From NCBI GenBank assembly GCA_023453795.1, contig JAEXSP010000017.1, forward strand, positions 6,655 to 70,654: a DNA stretch of 64,000 nucleotides, written 5' to 3'. Below are positions 56,029 through 64,000 of this stretch, one piece after another. Each line of letters opens with the position of its first letter. The first letter of the stretch is position 1. Source of the DNA: Bacillota bacterium (GTDB lineage Bacteria; Bacillota; Clostridia; Acetivibrionales; JAEXSP01). The position numbers and the translations under genes were made by a program. The notes under the pieces are model-generated. The model saw only the letters and a list, made by a program, of their open reading frames with translations, was not told the DNA's origin and searched no databases.

Positions 56029-56048
56029 CATTATGGAGGTAACCGAAA

Positions 56049-56426
56049 ATGTTTGATATGTTGGGAAATGTAATGAGGAATTTGACATCCAAGCCTGCGA
56101 CAAGAAAGTATCCTTTTGAGAAAAGGCAGCCTTTCAGTAAGAGCAGAGGACAGATAGATATTGATATCGAGACCTGTATCTTCTGCGGAATATGCAGCAG
56201 AAAATGTCCCTCGAATGCGATAAGCGTAAACAAGGCTGAAAAGTCATGGGAAGTGGATCATTTTAAGTGTGTTATATGCTCCGCATGTGAAGATGTATGT
56301 CCCAAAAAGAGCATTCACATGAAAGAAGAATACAAGACCTCAAGTTACAGCAAAAAGCGGGCAAAGTTCATTCAGGCGCCAAAGCCTGTTGAGACACCGG
56401 CTCAGGAAAATACACAGAAACAATAA
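56049..56426 (+). CDS. echF: Ech hydrogenase subunit F (2x[4Fe-4S] ferredoxin-like, NuoI-like)
   Basis: CIFCGICSRKCP and CVICSACEDVCP. Confidence 0.9.
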   Translation: MFDMLGNVMRNLTSKPATRKYPFEKRQPFSKSRGQIDIDIETCIFCGICSRKCPSNAISVNKAEKSWEVDHFKCVICSACEDVCPKKSIHMKEEYKTSSYSKKRAKFIQAPKPVETPAQENTQKQ

Positions 56427-56429
56427 TTA

Positions 56430-56458
56430 AAAGCGGGGCGTAGCCCCGCTTTGTTTTT
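56430..56458 (+). terminator. Strong Rho-independent terminator after echF
   Basis: AAAGCGGGGC-gta-GCCCCGCTTT followed by GTTTTT. Confidence 0.85.
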
Positions 56459-56548
56459 AAGCTTGAGAGAATAATGTCATATGATAATTAAAATCAGGTT
56501 AGTTTTCCTCTTCCATACAAGGGAAGGGGCAGAGGATAGGTGGAACAG

Positions 56549-56890
56549 ATGCACGAATATGCGGTTACAAAAAGCATTGTTGACGTCGTGGTAAAAGAAG
56601 CGGCCAAGGCAAATGCAGGCAAAATAACAGAAATAAGACTTGTAATCGGAGATCTGTCCACAATTATCGACGATTCGGTGCAGATGTATTTCGATATAAT
56701 TGCGAAGGACACCTTAGCAGAAGGAGCGAAGCTTGTATTCAAGAGGGTAGCGGCTGAATTTGCCTGTAGGAAATGCGGCAAAACCTTTGTAAAGCCTCCG
56801 AAAGGCTTCGACTGTCCGACATGCGGTGAGACGGGTATGCCCACGGGAGTCGGGCGGGAGTTCTATATAGAGAGCATCGAGGTTGAATGA
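56549..56890 (+). CDS. hypA: Hydrogenase nickel-insertion protein HypA
   Basis: MHEYAVTKSIVD N-terminus and the zinc site CRKCG...CPTCG. Confidence 0.9.
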   Translation: MHEYAVTKSIVDVVVKEAAKANAGKITEIRLVIGDLSTIIDDSVQMYFDIIAKDTLAEGAKLVFKRVAAEFACRKCGKTFVKPPKGFDCPTCGETGMPTGVGREFYIESIEVE

Positions 56891-57117
56891 TTTTACCAAC
56901 TCACCCCCAGCCCCTCTCTTCCAAAAGAGAGGGGGGAATTCAAGCTTTTCTTCGTAGACACTTAAAAGGGTTTGAAAAAACTTCGTATTTCACTCGGTGA
57001 GGAAATCAACGACGTGGTAAAATAATCACGATGATTATTTTAGCCGGAGCTGACAATGGATGGGAAATAGAGATTTTAGAAAGATTACGTTAAATATAGA
57101 ATTATGAAGGTGATAAA

Positions 57118-57762
57118 ATGGAAATTAAAGTAATGACCAACATAATGGACGCAAATGAAAAGCTAGCTGAAGAAAACAGGGAATTTTTCAGGAATAAAAG
57201 CATAACAGCAGTCAACATTATGGCTTCTCCCGGCTCAGGTAAAACAAGTACGATAACAAAGGTAATACAAAGTCTTGGCGAAAGTATCCCGATAAGTGTT
57301 ATCGAAGGTGACATAGCATCCAGCATCGATGCCGAGAAAATGGAGCAGCTGGGCATACCGGTTGTTCAGATCAATACAGGCGGCGGATGCCATCTTGATG
57401 CTTATATGATAAAGGAATCAGCAGATAGTTTGAATATAAAAGAACATTCACTTTTATTTATAGAAAATGTGGGCAACCTGATATGTCCCTCGGTATTTGA
57501 TCTTGGAGAAGAAATCAGGCTTGTAATAGCAAGTGTTCCCGAGGGGCATGACAAGCCCTATAAATATGTCTCCATGTTTGAAGCGGCTGATGTTATAGTG
57601 CTCAACAAAGTAGATCTCATGCCTTATATAGATTTTGACAAAGAAAGCTTTTATAAGGGTGTAAGGGCAGTTAACGAAAAAGCACCAATTTTCGAGATTT
57701 CCTGTAAAACGGAAGACGGGGTCAAGGAATTTGTTAACTGGTTGAATGAAAGAGTAAAATGA
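57118..57762 (+). CDS. hypB: Hydrogenase nickel-incorporation GTPase HypB
   Basis: P-loop SPGSGKTS, then GGGCHLDA, ENVGNLICP and NKVDL. There is no His-rich N-terminal stretch. Confidence 0.95.
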   Translation: MEIKVMTNIMDANEKLAEENREFFRNKSITAVNIMASPGSGKTSTITKVIQSLGESIPISVIEGDIASSIDAEKMEQLGIPVVQINTGGGCHLDAYMIKESADSLNIKEHSLLFIENVGNLICPSVFDLGEEIRLVIASVPEGHDKPYKYVSMFEAADVIVLNKVDLMPYIDFDKESFYKGVRAVNEKAPIFEISCKTEDGVKEFVNWLNERVK

Positions 57763-57799
57763 CCAAAACCCGGGTAAATTAACTGACTGCCATAAATTA

Positions 57800-58333
57800 T
57801 TATTGAACTCTAAGCTTGAAATCTATCGATTCTTTACCTGAAGTAATTCCAAGCTTCAGCCTGCGTGCATTTTTCTCCAGATTAAAAGCGATCCAGCCTC
57901 TGTATATTCCGGAACTCAGGGGCTCACTGCTTATTCTTTTTAACCCCAGTTCATCCAAGAAGCTGTCGTTCATTCTTACATAATTATGACCGGAGGAATC
58001 CCTTACACAGATGTTTTTCCAATCAATTACCGAAGAACCTTCTTCCTGGTCTGCAATAATTTTTACAAAAAGCAAGGTTTTCCCCTTTAAGGCTTGCATA
58101 GAAGCTCTTTTCATATCCGAAGCATCAGAAGGCTGTTTTAAAAAATTTGTACCGGTTAGGGAATTATGCAGCTTAATGTCGACAATCGATATCTCCCATC
58201 CGTCAATATATTTGGATTCAAAGAAAAAGTCGGGCAAGCTTCTGTTTTTACTGCTAAATATATAAAGCATAAAAAGAATCAGTATAAGGGTGAGTATCGG
58301 TATTGCTGTATTTAGAGCATCCATGGTGTTCAT
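57800..58333 (-). CDS. Membrane-anchored hypothetical protein (possibly DUF4352-like)
   Basis: Track ORF with an N-terminal TM (IPILTLILILFMLYIF). The beta-rich C-terminal part is only a weak family guess. Confidence 0.45.
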   Translation of the reverse strand: MNTMDALNTAIPILTLILILFMLYIFSSKNRSLPDFFFESKYIDGWEISIVDIKLHNSLTGTNFLKQPSDASDMKRASMQALKGKTLLFVKIIADQEEGSSVIDWKNICVRDSSGHNYVRMNDSFLDELGLKRISSEPLSSGIYRGWIAFNLEKNARRLKLGITSGKESIDFKLRVQ

Positions 58334-58458
58334 TAAAAGCCTCCTGTTCTTTATCAGACTCTATCCTTAAAAATGAGAGGAATCTTCACAAAAGTGGGAG
58401 AGGCCCTCACTTGTCGTGAAGCAACCTCTCCCCTGTTTGGTGGGGTACTTTATATAAA

Positions 58459-59073
58459 TTAAGCGGAATAGCTTTTTAATATAGTCAAAATGTCATTCTT
58501 AAGGGGTAAAAGTACTTTTTGCTTTTCAATGATTTGCTTTTTAAGGCTTATAATGTTATTCATTGCGGCTGTTGCCTTGGCTTCGTCTTTTGCCTTAATA
58601 GCTGAACGGTAGTTTGTCCATTCGGCGGTTTTCTGATCTCTCAGAGATTTGATGTCATTATGTATTGCCTTTACCTGTGTTCTAACAGTGTCAAGTTTGC
58701 CTTTTATTTCAGCGGAGATATTTTTGGACTCTTTCTTTTTACTTTTTAAAACGGTTTTAACAACGGACCACTGGTTCTTTATTGAAGTATTCAAATTTTT
58801 GAGCTGTTCCCAATTTGCCTTGCATTCTGTACGAAGTGTATTAAGCTCGGCAAGCAATCCGGCGAATTTGCCTTTAAAGGCTTTAGCATCAGCTTTTTTA
58901 ACAATGTCTGCTTTGGCGTCAGCCTGCGATGCTCCCAGATCTGCTTTGGCATCAGCTGTAATATTTGATTCGACTGTTTGCTGGGGATCAGCAGCGGCTG
59001 TGACGGCTAATGCGGATACAGATACCAAGGATACTATGATTAAAACAGTAATTAGGAATGATAACTTTTTCAT
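58459..59073 (-). CDS. Secreted alpha-helical hypothetical protein
   Basis: Signal peptide MKKLSFLITVLIIVSLVSVSALA, ADAKAD-type short repeats and a Lys-rich helical remainder. Confidence 0.5.
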   Translation of the reverse strand: MKKLSFLITVLIIVSLVSVSALAVTAAADPQQTVESNITADAKADLGASQADAKADIVKKADAKAFKGKFAGLLAELNTLRTECKANWEQLKNLNTSIKNQWSVVKTVLKSKKKESKNISAEIKGKLDTVRTQVKAIHNDIKSLRDQKTAEWTNYRSAIKAKDEAKATAAMNNIISLKKQIIEKQKVLLPLKNDILTILKSYSA

Positions 59074-59186
59074 AAAAACATCTCCCTTGTATTTTATTTA
59101 CAACCTGTACTTATATTTTAGAAAAAAAATTTGGAATATGAATATAATAATTGTGGAAAATTTGTGAAAAAAGAAAAAACATCATA

Positions 59187-59215
59187 TTGACTGGGTGGTC
59201 AATGCGGAGTATAAT
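59187..59215 (+). promoter_or_regulatory. Near-consensus sigma-A promoter of the ABC-2/TetR operon
   Basis: TTGACT (59187..59192), a 17-nt spacer, then TATAAT (59210..59215). Confidence 0.6.
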
Positions 59216-59225
59216 AGTATCATGC

Positions 59226-59241
59226 TTGACCACATGGTCAA
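59226..59241 (+). promoter_or_regulatory. Operator-like perfect palindrome TTGACCA-ca-TGGTCAA
   Basis: Read directly. A second TTGAC-N6-GTCAA copy at 59187..59202 overlaps the -35 element. A TetR-family gene closes the operon. Confidence 0.5.
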
Positions 59242-59257
59242 TACTGGAGGTATGTTT

Positions 59258-60142
59258 ATGAATGTAATAGAGACTAAGAATCTTACAAAAAGCTACGGAA
59301 AGTCACGAGGAATTATTGATATAAACCTGCAGGTGGAAGAAGGTGAGATATTTGGATTTATCGGACCGAACGGGGCAGGAAAATCTACAACCATAAGGAC
59401 ATTGCTGGGGCTCATATATCCTACGTCCGGAAGTGCTGAAATATTTGGCAAAGACTGCATTGAATACGGTTCGGAAATAAAGAAAGAAATCGGCTACCTG
59501 CCATCGGAAGTTTTTTACTATGACAAAATGAGAGTAATCGATCTTTTGAAATATTCTGCAAGCTTCTATAAGAAAGACTGCAGCAGGAGGATCAAGGAAT
59601 TGTCTGAAATCATGGATCTTGATCTTAAAAAGAGGATTGACGACCTTTCCTTCGGAAACAAGAAAAAGGTCGGCATCGTGCAGGGGCTTTTGCATGAACC
59701 CAGGCTTATAATATTGGATGAGCCCACAAGCGGCCTTGATCCGCTGATGCAGCAAAAGTTCTTTGACTTATTGAAAGAGGAGAATAAGAAAGGTGTTACA
59801 ATCCTTTTCTCATCACATATCCTTAGTGAGGTGCAGAGGATGTGCGACAGGGTGGCGATTGTCAAAGAAGGCAGAATTATTAAGACTGAGAAGATGAGTT
59901 CTCTTAAAGAAAATACCTATAAGAAATTCAAAGTTGAGACCGGCAAGGAAGTGTCTGGGGACTTTTTCAGGATTGCCGGCGTCAGCAAGCTTGAGGTTAA
60001 GGACAATATAATAAGCTTCATTTATAAAGGCAACATAAACCTTATCATGAAGAAGATATCCGAACTCGAATTAACCAATCTGTGGATCGAGGAGCCGGAC
60101 CTTGAAGAGATATTCATGCACTATTATGAAAAGGAGGCATGA
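59258..60142 (+). CDS. ABC transporter ATP-binding protein (ABC-2 type system)
   Basis: Walker A GPNGAGKST, signature-like LSFGNKKK and Walker B IILDEPTSGLD. ATG at 59258 after GGAGG. Confidence 0.9.
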   Translation: MNVIETKNLTKSYGKSRGIIDINLQVEEGEIFGFIGPNGAGKSTTIRTLLGLIYPTSGSAEIFGKDCIEYGSEIKKEIGYLPSEVFYYDKMRVIDLLKYSASFYKKDCSRRIKELSEIMDLDLKKRIDDLSFGNKKKVGIVQGLLHEPRLIILDEPTSGLDPLMQQKFFDLLKEENKKGVTILFSSHILSEVQRMCDRVAIVKEGRIIKTEKMSSLKENTYKKFKVETGKEVSGDFFRIAGVSKLEVKDNIISFIYKGNINLIMKKISELELTNLWIEEPDLEEIFMHYYEKEA

Positions 60143-60147
60143 GGCCT

Positions 60148-60945
60148 ATGAACATGTTTCTGCACGAACTAAGGTCATATAGAAAGACAACAGCTGTTTG
60201 GACTGCTTCTTTGGTTGCAGTGTCTGTTCTTTTTATCGCAATGTATGCTGCAATACGTCCGGATTTAAATGAGTTTAAAACGTACATTGAAAATATGCCC
60301 GTGGGAATGAGAATGGCTTTTGGAATATCCCCAAAGTATATCACTACCTTGGAGGGTTTCTATTCATTTTCATTTGTATTTGTTGTGCTTTTTGGTGCTA
60401 TACAGGCAATGCATCTTGGGACATCGATCATATCCAAGGAAGTGCGTGATAAAACTGCGGATTTTCTTTTGACAAAGCCTGTAACCAGGAAATCAATTAT
60501 AACAGCCAAATTATTGGCAGCCTTGTCCTGCATCATCATTACCAATGCGGTATACCTGCCTGTAACAACTATTGCGGCATCAACTGTAAAAGTGAATTCG
60601 TCAAGCATGACGAAATTCTTTATGATTTCGATCACAATGCTTTTTGTTCAGATTATATTCTTATCAATAGGATTTATGATTTCTGCTGCCGCTCCAAAGA
60701 TAAGATCGGTTATTTCGGTTTCTCTCAGCATTGTATTTGGATTCTATATCATTGGAATGCTAGGCGCTGTAATCGGGGAAGAGGCAGTAAGATATTTGTC
60801 CCCCTTGAAGTATTTTGATGTGATGTACATTATAAAAAATACTTCATATGAAGCTTCATTTGCCGCATTAGGAGGCATCATAGCAATTATATCCATAATT
60901 GCCGGCTATAATTTATATTTAAAAAAAGACATTCATGCTGTTTAG
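60148..60945 (+). CDS. ABC-2 family permease
   Basis: Six-helix membrane protein starting MNMFLHELRSYRK. I prefer the ATG at 60148, 9 nt after AAGGAGG. Confidence 0.8.
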   Translation: MNMFLHELRSYRKTTAVWTASLVAVSVLFIAMYAAIRPDLNEFKTYIENMPVGMRMAFGISPKYITTLEGFYSFSFVFVVLFGAIQAMHLGTSIISKEVRDKTADFLLTKPVTRKSIITAKLLAALSCIIITNAVYLPVTTIAASTVKVNSSSMTKFFMISITMLFVQIIFLSIGFMISAAAPKIRSVISVSLSIVFGFYIIGMLGAVIGEEAVRYLSPLKYFDVMYIIKNTSYEASFAALGGIIAIISIIAGYNLYLKKDIHAV

Positions 60946-60957
60946 GAGGCGCGGTTT

Positions 60958-61755
60958 ATGAATATATACATGAGAGAAATGAAAGCTTACAGAAAATCGC
61001 TCATTATATGGAGCGTTGCCCTGTTATTTATGATTTTGGGAGGGATGGGAAAATACTCTTCTTACAAGGCATCAGGTCAGGACATGACAAAGCTGCTTTC
61101 ATCGTTTCCGAAGTCTGTCCGCATTATACTGGGAATGGGCGATTTTGATATGACGAAAGCGATCGGCTTTTTCGGAATGCTCTATTTCTACCTGATTTTG
61201 ATGGGAGGCATACATGCTGCAATGTTAGGTGCAGGCATCATTTCAAAGGAAGAAAGCGATAAAACAGTAGAATTCCTTATGGTGAAGCCGGTTTCCAGAA
61301 CGAAAGTCATTACATCAAAACTCCTGGCTGCCCTAACAAATGTTTTAATTTTCAATATAGTTACATCGCTTCTTTCCATTGCATTTGTCAATGCGTATGC
61401 AAAAGGAGAAGCAGTCGCGGCAAGCATTCTGCAAATGATGGTCGGAATGTTTGTTATACAGCTGATTTTTATGCTTATGGGAACATGTATAGCCTCTGCA
61501 AGCAGGCATCCCCGATCCTCTGCTTCAATAGCAACAGGTATTCTGCTTTTTACTTTCATACTGTCAATCATAACTGATTTGAGCAATTCCTTGGAGATAT
61601 TGAAGTATCTTACGCCATTTAAATATTTTGATGCAAAGAGTATAATAGACGGTAAGTCGTTTGATCCCGCATTTACTTGGTTGTCAGTCTTGCTGATTGC
61701 CGTGTTTGCTGTTATGACGTATGTGTTTTATAAAAAGAGGGATCTGAAGGTATAA
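60958..61755 (+). CDS. ABC-2 family permease (paralogue of the preceding gene)
   Basis: MNIYMREMKAYRKSLIIWS... has the same architecture as the preceding gene. AGGAGG RBS. Confidence 0.8.
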   Translation: MNIYMREMKAYRKSLIIWSVALLFMILGGMGKYSSYKASGQDMTKLLSSFPKSVRIILGMGDFDMTKAIGFFGMLYFYLILMGGIHAAMLGAGIISKEESDKTVEFLMVKPVSRTKVITSKLLAALTNVLIFNIVTSLLSIAFVNAYAKGEAVAASILQMMVGMFVIQLIFMLMGTCIASASRHPRSSASIATGILLFTFILSIITDLSNSLEILKYLTPFKYFDAKSIIDGKSFDPAFTWLSVLLIAVFAVMTYVFYKKRDLKV

Positions 61756-61775
61756 CTTATAAAGGAGGTCTCAAA

Positions 61776-62411
61776 TTGTACAGTACCTTTGAGAGTCTTC
61801 CCGATGAAAAAAGGGAAAAAATCATAAATGCCTGCATTGATGAATTTGCTGATAGAGGATATGTACTGGCATCTACTAATACGATAATCAAAAATGCCGG
61901 AATTTCAAAAGGAATCCTTTTTCACTATTTCAAGAATAAAAAGAACCTTTTTCTTTATATAATCGATTATGCGGTGGAAGTGACCAAAAAGAAAGTATAT
62001 GGGGCTATGGAGAACCAGCCCCCTGATATTTTGGACAGAATCATTAACAGCGGGCTTATTAAGCTGAGGATATCATTTGAATACCCTAAGTTGTACAAGA
62101 TATTGATGGATGCCTACGGTGATATGCCGGATGAGCTTAAGTTTGAGCTTCAGGAAAGATATAACAAGAGCTTGGAAGAAGCAATGCCTTTTATTCTTAA
62201 GGATATTGATACATCAAAATTCAGAAGCGATATAGACCGCGATAAAGCGATAGAATGGATTATTATTGCGGTAGAGGGATTAGGGAATAAGTATTTGAAG
62301 AAGTTCAAAAACATGGAGGACAATGGCATATTAGTAAGGGAGAAAGCAATAGAGGATATGAAGGGATACTTTGAAATGCTGAAGTATGGGATTTATAAAA
62401 AGAATGAATAA
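61776..62411 (+). CDS. TetR/AcrR-family transcriptional regulator
   Basis: The N-terminal HTH reads FADRGYVLASTNTIIKNAGISKGILFHYFKNKKNLF. TTG start 7 nt after AGGAGG. Confidence 0.9.
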   Translation: MYSTFESLPDEKREKIINACIDEFADRGYVLASTNTIIKNAGISKGILFHYFKNKKNLFLYIIDYAVEVTKKKVYGAMENQPPDILDRIINSGLIKLRISFEYPKLYKILMDAYGDMPDELKFELQERYNKSLEEAMPFILKDIDTSKFRSDIDRDKAIEWIIIAVEGLGNKYLKKFKNMEDNGILVREKAIEDMKGYFEMLKYGIYKKNE

Positions 62412-62447
62412 TCGGACATTACCCAAATATTAATTATAAAAAGAAGT

Positions 62448-62480
62448 CCTTCTACATAAATTTGTGTAGAAGGTTTTTTT
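62448..62480 (+). terminator. Rho-independent terminator after the TetR gene
   Basis: Stem CCTTCTACA/TGTAGAAGG followed by TTTTTTT. Confidence 0.8.
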
Positions 62481-62536
62481 GCGTACGATAAAATTTAAAG
62501 TTGAAAAGCCGGTATGAGTCGGAGGATGATAATTGT

Positions 62537-63676
62537 ATGAAAAGATTGATCGGGGCGGCTACTATAGCGGCATTTTTCTGTTATGTTATATGCTGTGCAT
62601 ATATATACTGCAGCTTTGATAAAAATTTGCCGGGAAAAAGTGCATTATGCAGTAACAGCACAATAGCGGTTAACAGGTATAAAGCGATGGAGGCAGCCTC
62701 CTTGGATTTTATTGAGAGAAAGCTTATAGGGCCAAAGGGTGAAATTTACACCAGTATTAAGAACGGCCGGCCTGACAAGGAAACTCTTTCGGAATCTATA
62801 GGATTGCTCATGGAATACAGTGTGGCAGGCGGCAGGAAGGAGCTATTTGATCGTGAGTATGAATATCTGCGGGATCATTTGCTTTGCGGAGGTAATTACA
62901 TAAGATGGAAATGCGGCAAGGATATAACCTGCAATTCATTAATTGATGATTTGAGGATAATCAGAGCCCTGCTTAACGCACATGAAAAATGGGGCGGCAG
63001 AGAATATTTTGATTCTGCCGGCTTCATACAGGAAGCAATCTTCACAACGCAGGTTCGTGACGGCGGCATTTGCGAGCTTTATGACTGGAAATACCGGATT
63101 CCCAAAAATGTTATGCCCTTATGTTATCCGGACTTTTATACAATGAATAGGCTGGATGTGCTCAATAACGGTTGGGTTAAGGCTGGAGATGATGCTGTGA
63201 AAACCGTAAAAAATGGATTAATTAGGCAGGGAGGACCTCTTTTTAATAAATATTACAATTACGAGAAGGAGTCCTATTCTATGGATGAGGAGATGAGTGA
63301 AAATAAGGGTGTATGTCTTACGTATACAATTTATACAGCACTTCACCTTGCCGAGATTAATGAGAATACGGAACAATTTACAAGATGGCTTAAAAATGAA
63401 ATTAAAAAGGGCAGGTTGTATGCCTGGTATGACCCTGAATCCTTAAGCCCTGCTCAAAGGATAGAAAGTACTGCGGTCTATGCCTTGGCTGCAATATATG
63501 CCGACAAGATCGGTGAAGATAAGCTTGCCGAAAAGCTGACTGACAAAATGCTCGGCTTCATGATTAAGAATAAAAAATCTTCTTATTATGGAGGTTTCGG
63601 AGATCAAAAAACAGGAGAATTTTATTCCTTTGACAACTTAACTGCATTATTGGCTTTGTCTGCTGTAGGGGGATGA
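62537..63676 (+). CDS. Membrane-anchored putative glycoside hydrolase, GH8-like (YdaJ-like)
   Basis: ATG at 62537 after GGAGG, with an N-terminal helix. LSESIGLLMEY and DDLRIIRALLNAHEKW partly resemble the GH8 catalytic Glu block and GH8 signature. The assignment is tentative. Confidence 0.45.
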   Translation: MKRLIGAATIAAFFCYVICCAYIYCSFDKNLPGKSALCSNSTIAVNRYKAMEAASLDFIERKLIGPKGEIYTSIKNGRPDKETLSESIGLLMEYSVAGGRKELFDREYEYLRDHLLCGGNYIRWKCGKDITCNSLIDDLRIIRALLNAHEKWGGREYFDSAGFIQEAIFTTQVRDGGICELYDWKYRIPKNVMPLCYPDFYTMNRLDVLNNGWVKAGDDAVKTVKNGLIRQGGPLFNKYYNYEKESYSMDEEMSENKGVCLTYTIYTALHLAEINENTEQFTRWLKNEIKKGRLYAWYDPESLSPAQRIESTAVYALAAIYADKIGEDKLAEKLTDKMLGFMIKNKKSSYYGGFGDQKTGEFYSFDNLTALLALSAVGG

Positions 63677-63690
63677 AGCAAAATAGACTG

Positions 63691-64000
63691 TTATTCCTTT
63701 ATTTCCAGCAATGCTATTGTAATGTCATCTGATATCTTGGAAGCATCGGTTTCCTCAGAGAATTCCACTGCCCTCATAAATATTTCGTTAAGAATAGCAT
63801 TCGGTTCTGAATTGCTGCCGAGAAGAAGGCTTAGAAGTCTTTCCTCTCCGAAAATCCCGCCCTTGGAATTCCTTATTTCTATTATACCGTCCGTATATAG
63901 AAAAATTCTGTCACCTGTCTCAAGTGTAAGCGTCTTGTCCGTATAACCGGGTTGGTCAAGCCAATTGCTGATAGGAATTCCCGGAGTTCTGAGAAGGTTG
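63691..64000 (-). CDS. PP2C/SpoIIE-family serine phosphatase, C-terminal part (5' end off the window)
   Basis: The reverse-strand frame reads ...TLETGDRIFLYTDGIIEIRNSKGGIFGEERL...DDITIALLEIKE* with stop TAA at 63693..63691. It is absent from the track because it is truncated. Track ORF 63722..63946 (+) is antisense to it. Confidence 0.75.
   Translation of the reverse strand, partial: NLLRTPGIPISNWLDQPGYTDKTLTLETGDRIFLYTDGIIEIRNSKGGIFGEERLLSLLLGSNSEPNAILNEIFMRAVEFSEETDASKISDDITIALLEIKE

Noticed and set aside
63722-63946. Track ORF (74 aa, + strand) at the right edge
   Set aside because: It is antisense to a reverse-strand frame encoding a PP2C/SpoIIE phosphatase C-terminus (…LYTDGIIE…DDITIALLEIKE*).
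1-64000. Mobile elements, prophage, integrons, CRISPR-Cas, toxin-antitoxin pairs and large structured ncRNAs (OLE-like)
   Set aside because: No transposase, integrase, recombinase or phage-like translations appear in any frame of the track. No spacer-repeat arrays are present. Apart from the roughly 500-nt ech upstream region, no non-coding gap exceeds about 365 nt, and none shows extended conserved-looking structure apart from the SRP RNA.

Overview
This 64-kb window looks like chromosomal DNA from a low-GC Gram-positive anaerobe of class Clostridia. One secreted esterase carries a type-I dockerin, which suggests a cellulosome-producing lineage such as Ruminiclostridium or Acetivibrio; that is inference only. 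All calls come from reading the sequence and the ORF-track translations, and no database search was possible. Housekeeping content is clear: large Bacillus-type SRP RNA, tRNA-Pro/Val/Thr, ttcA, pyruvate:ferredoxin oxidoreductase, rho, rpmE, a DUF1385 gene, prmC and ytvI. There is also a complete six-gene Ech-type energy-converting [NiFe] hydrogenase (echABCDEF) followed by hypA and hypB only. Between these lie accessory cell-envelope and export genes. These include a 1642-aa membrane-anchored alpha-2-macroglobulin-like protein tightly linked to an exported Memo-like protein, an MBOAT/SGNH O-acyltransferase pair and a transglutaminase-domain protein. A secreted protein is built from seven near-identical 255-nt tandem units. 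There is a solitary BrxD/DUF2791-like ATPase and a MacB-type ABC ATPase/FtsX operon embedding an 804-aa beta-sandwich-repeat protein. Two further ABC exporter loci and a TetR-controlled ABC-2 operon with two clear operator palindromes are present. I found no transposase, integrase, phage gene or CRISPR array. My best candidate for an undescribed module is the A2M/Memo-like pair and its envelope-modifying neighbours, but I cannot establish novelty from sequence alone. Several small regulatory structures and one in-frame TAG-separated ORF pair, missing from the ORF track, are reported separately.
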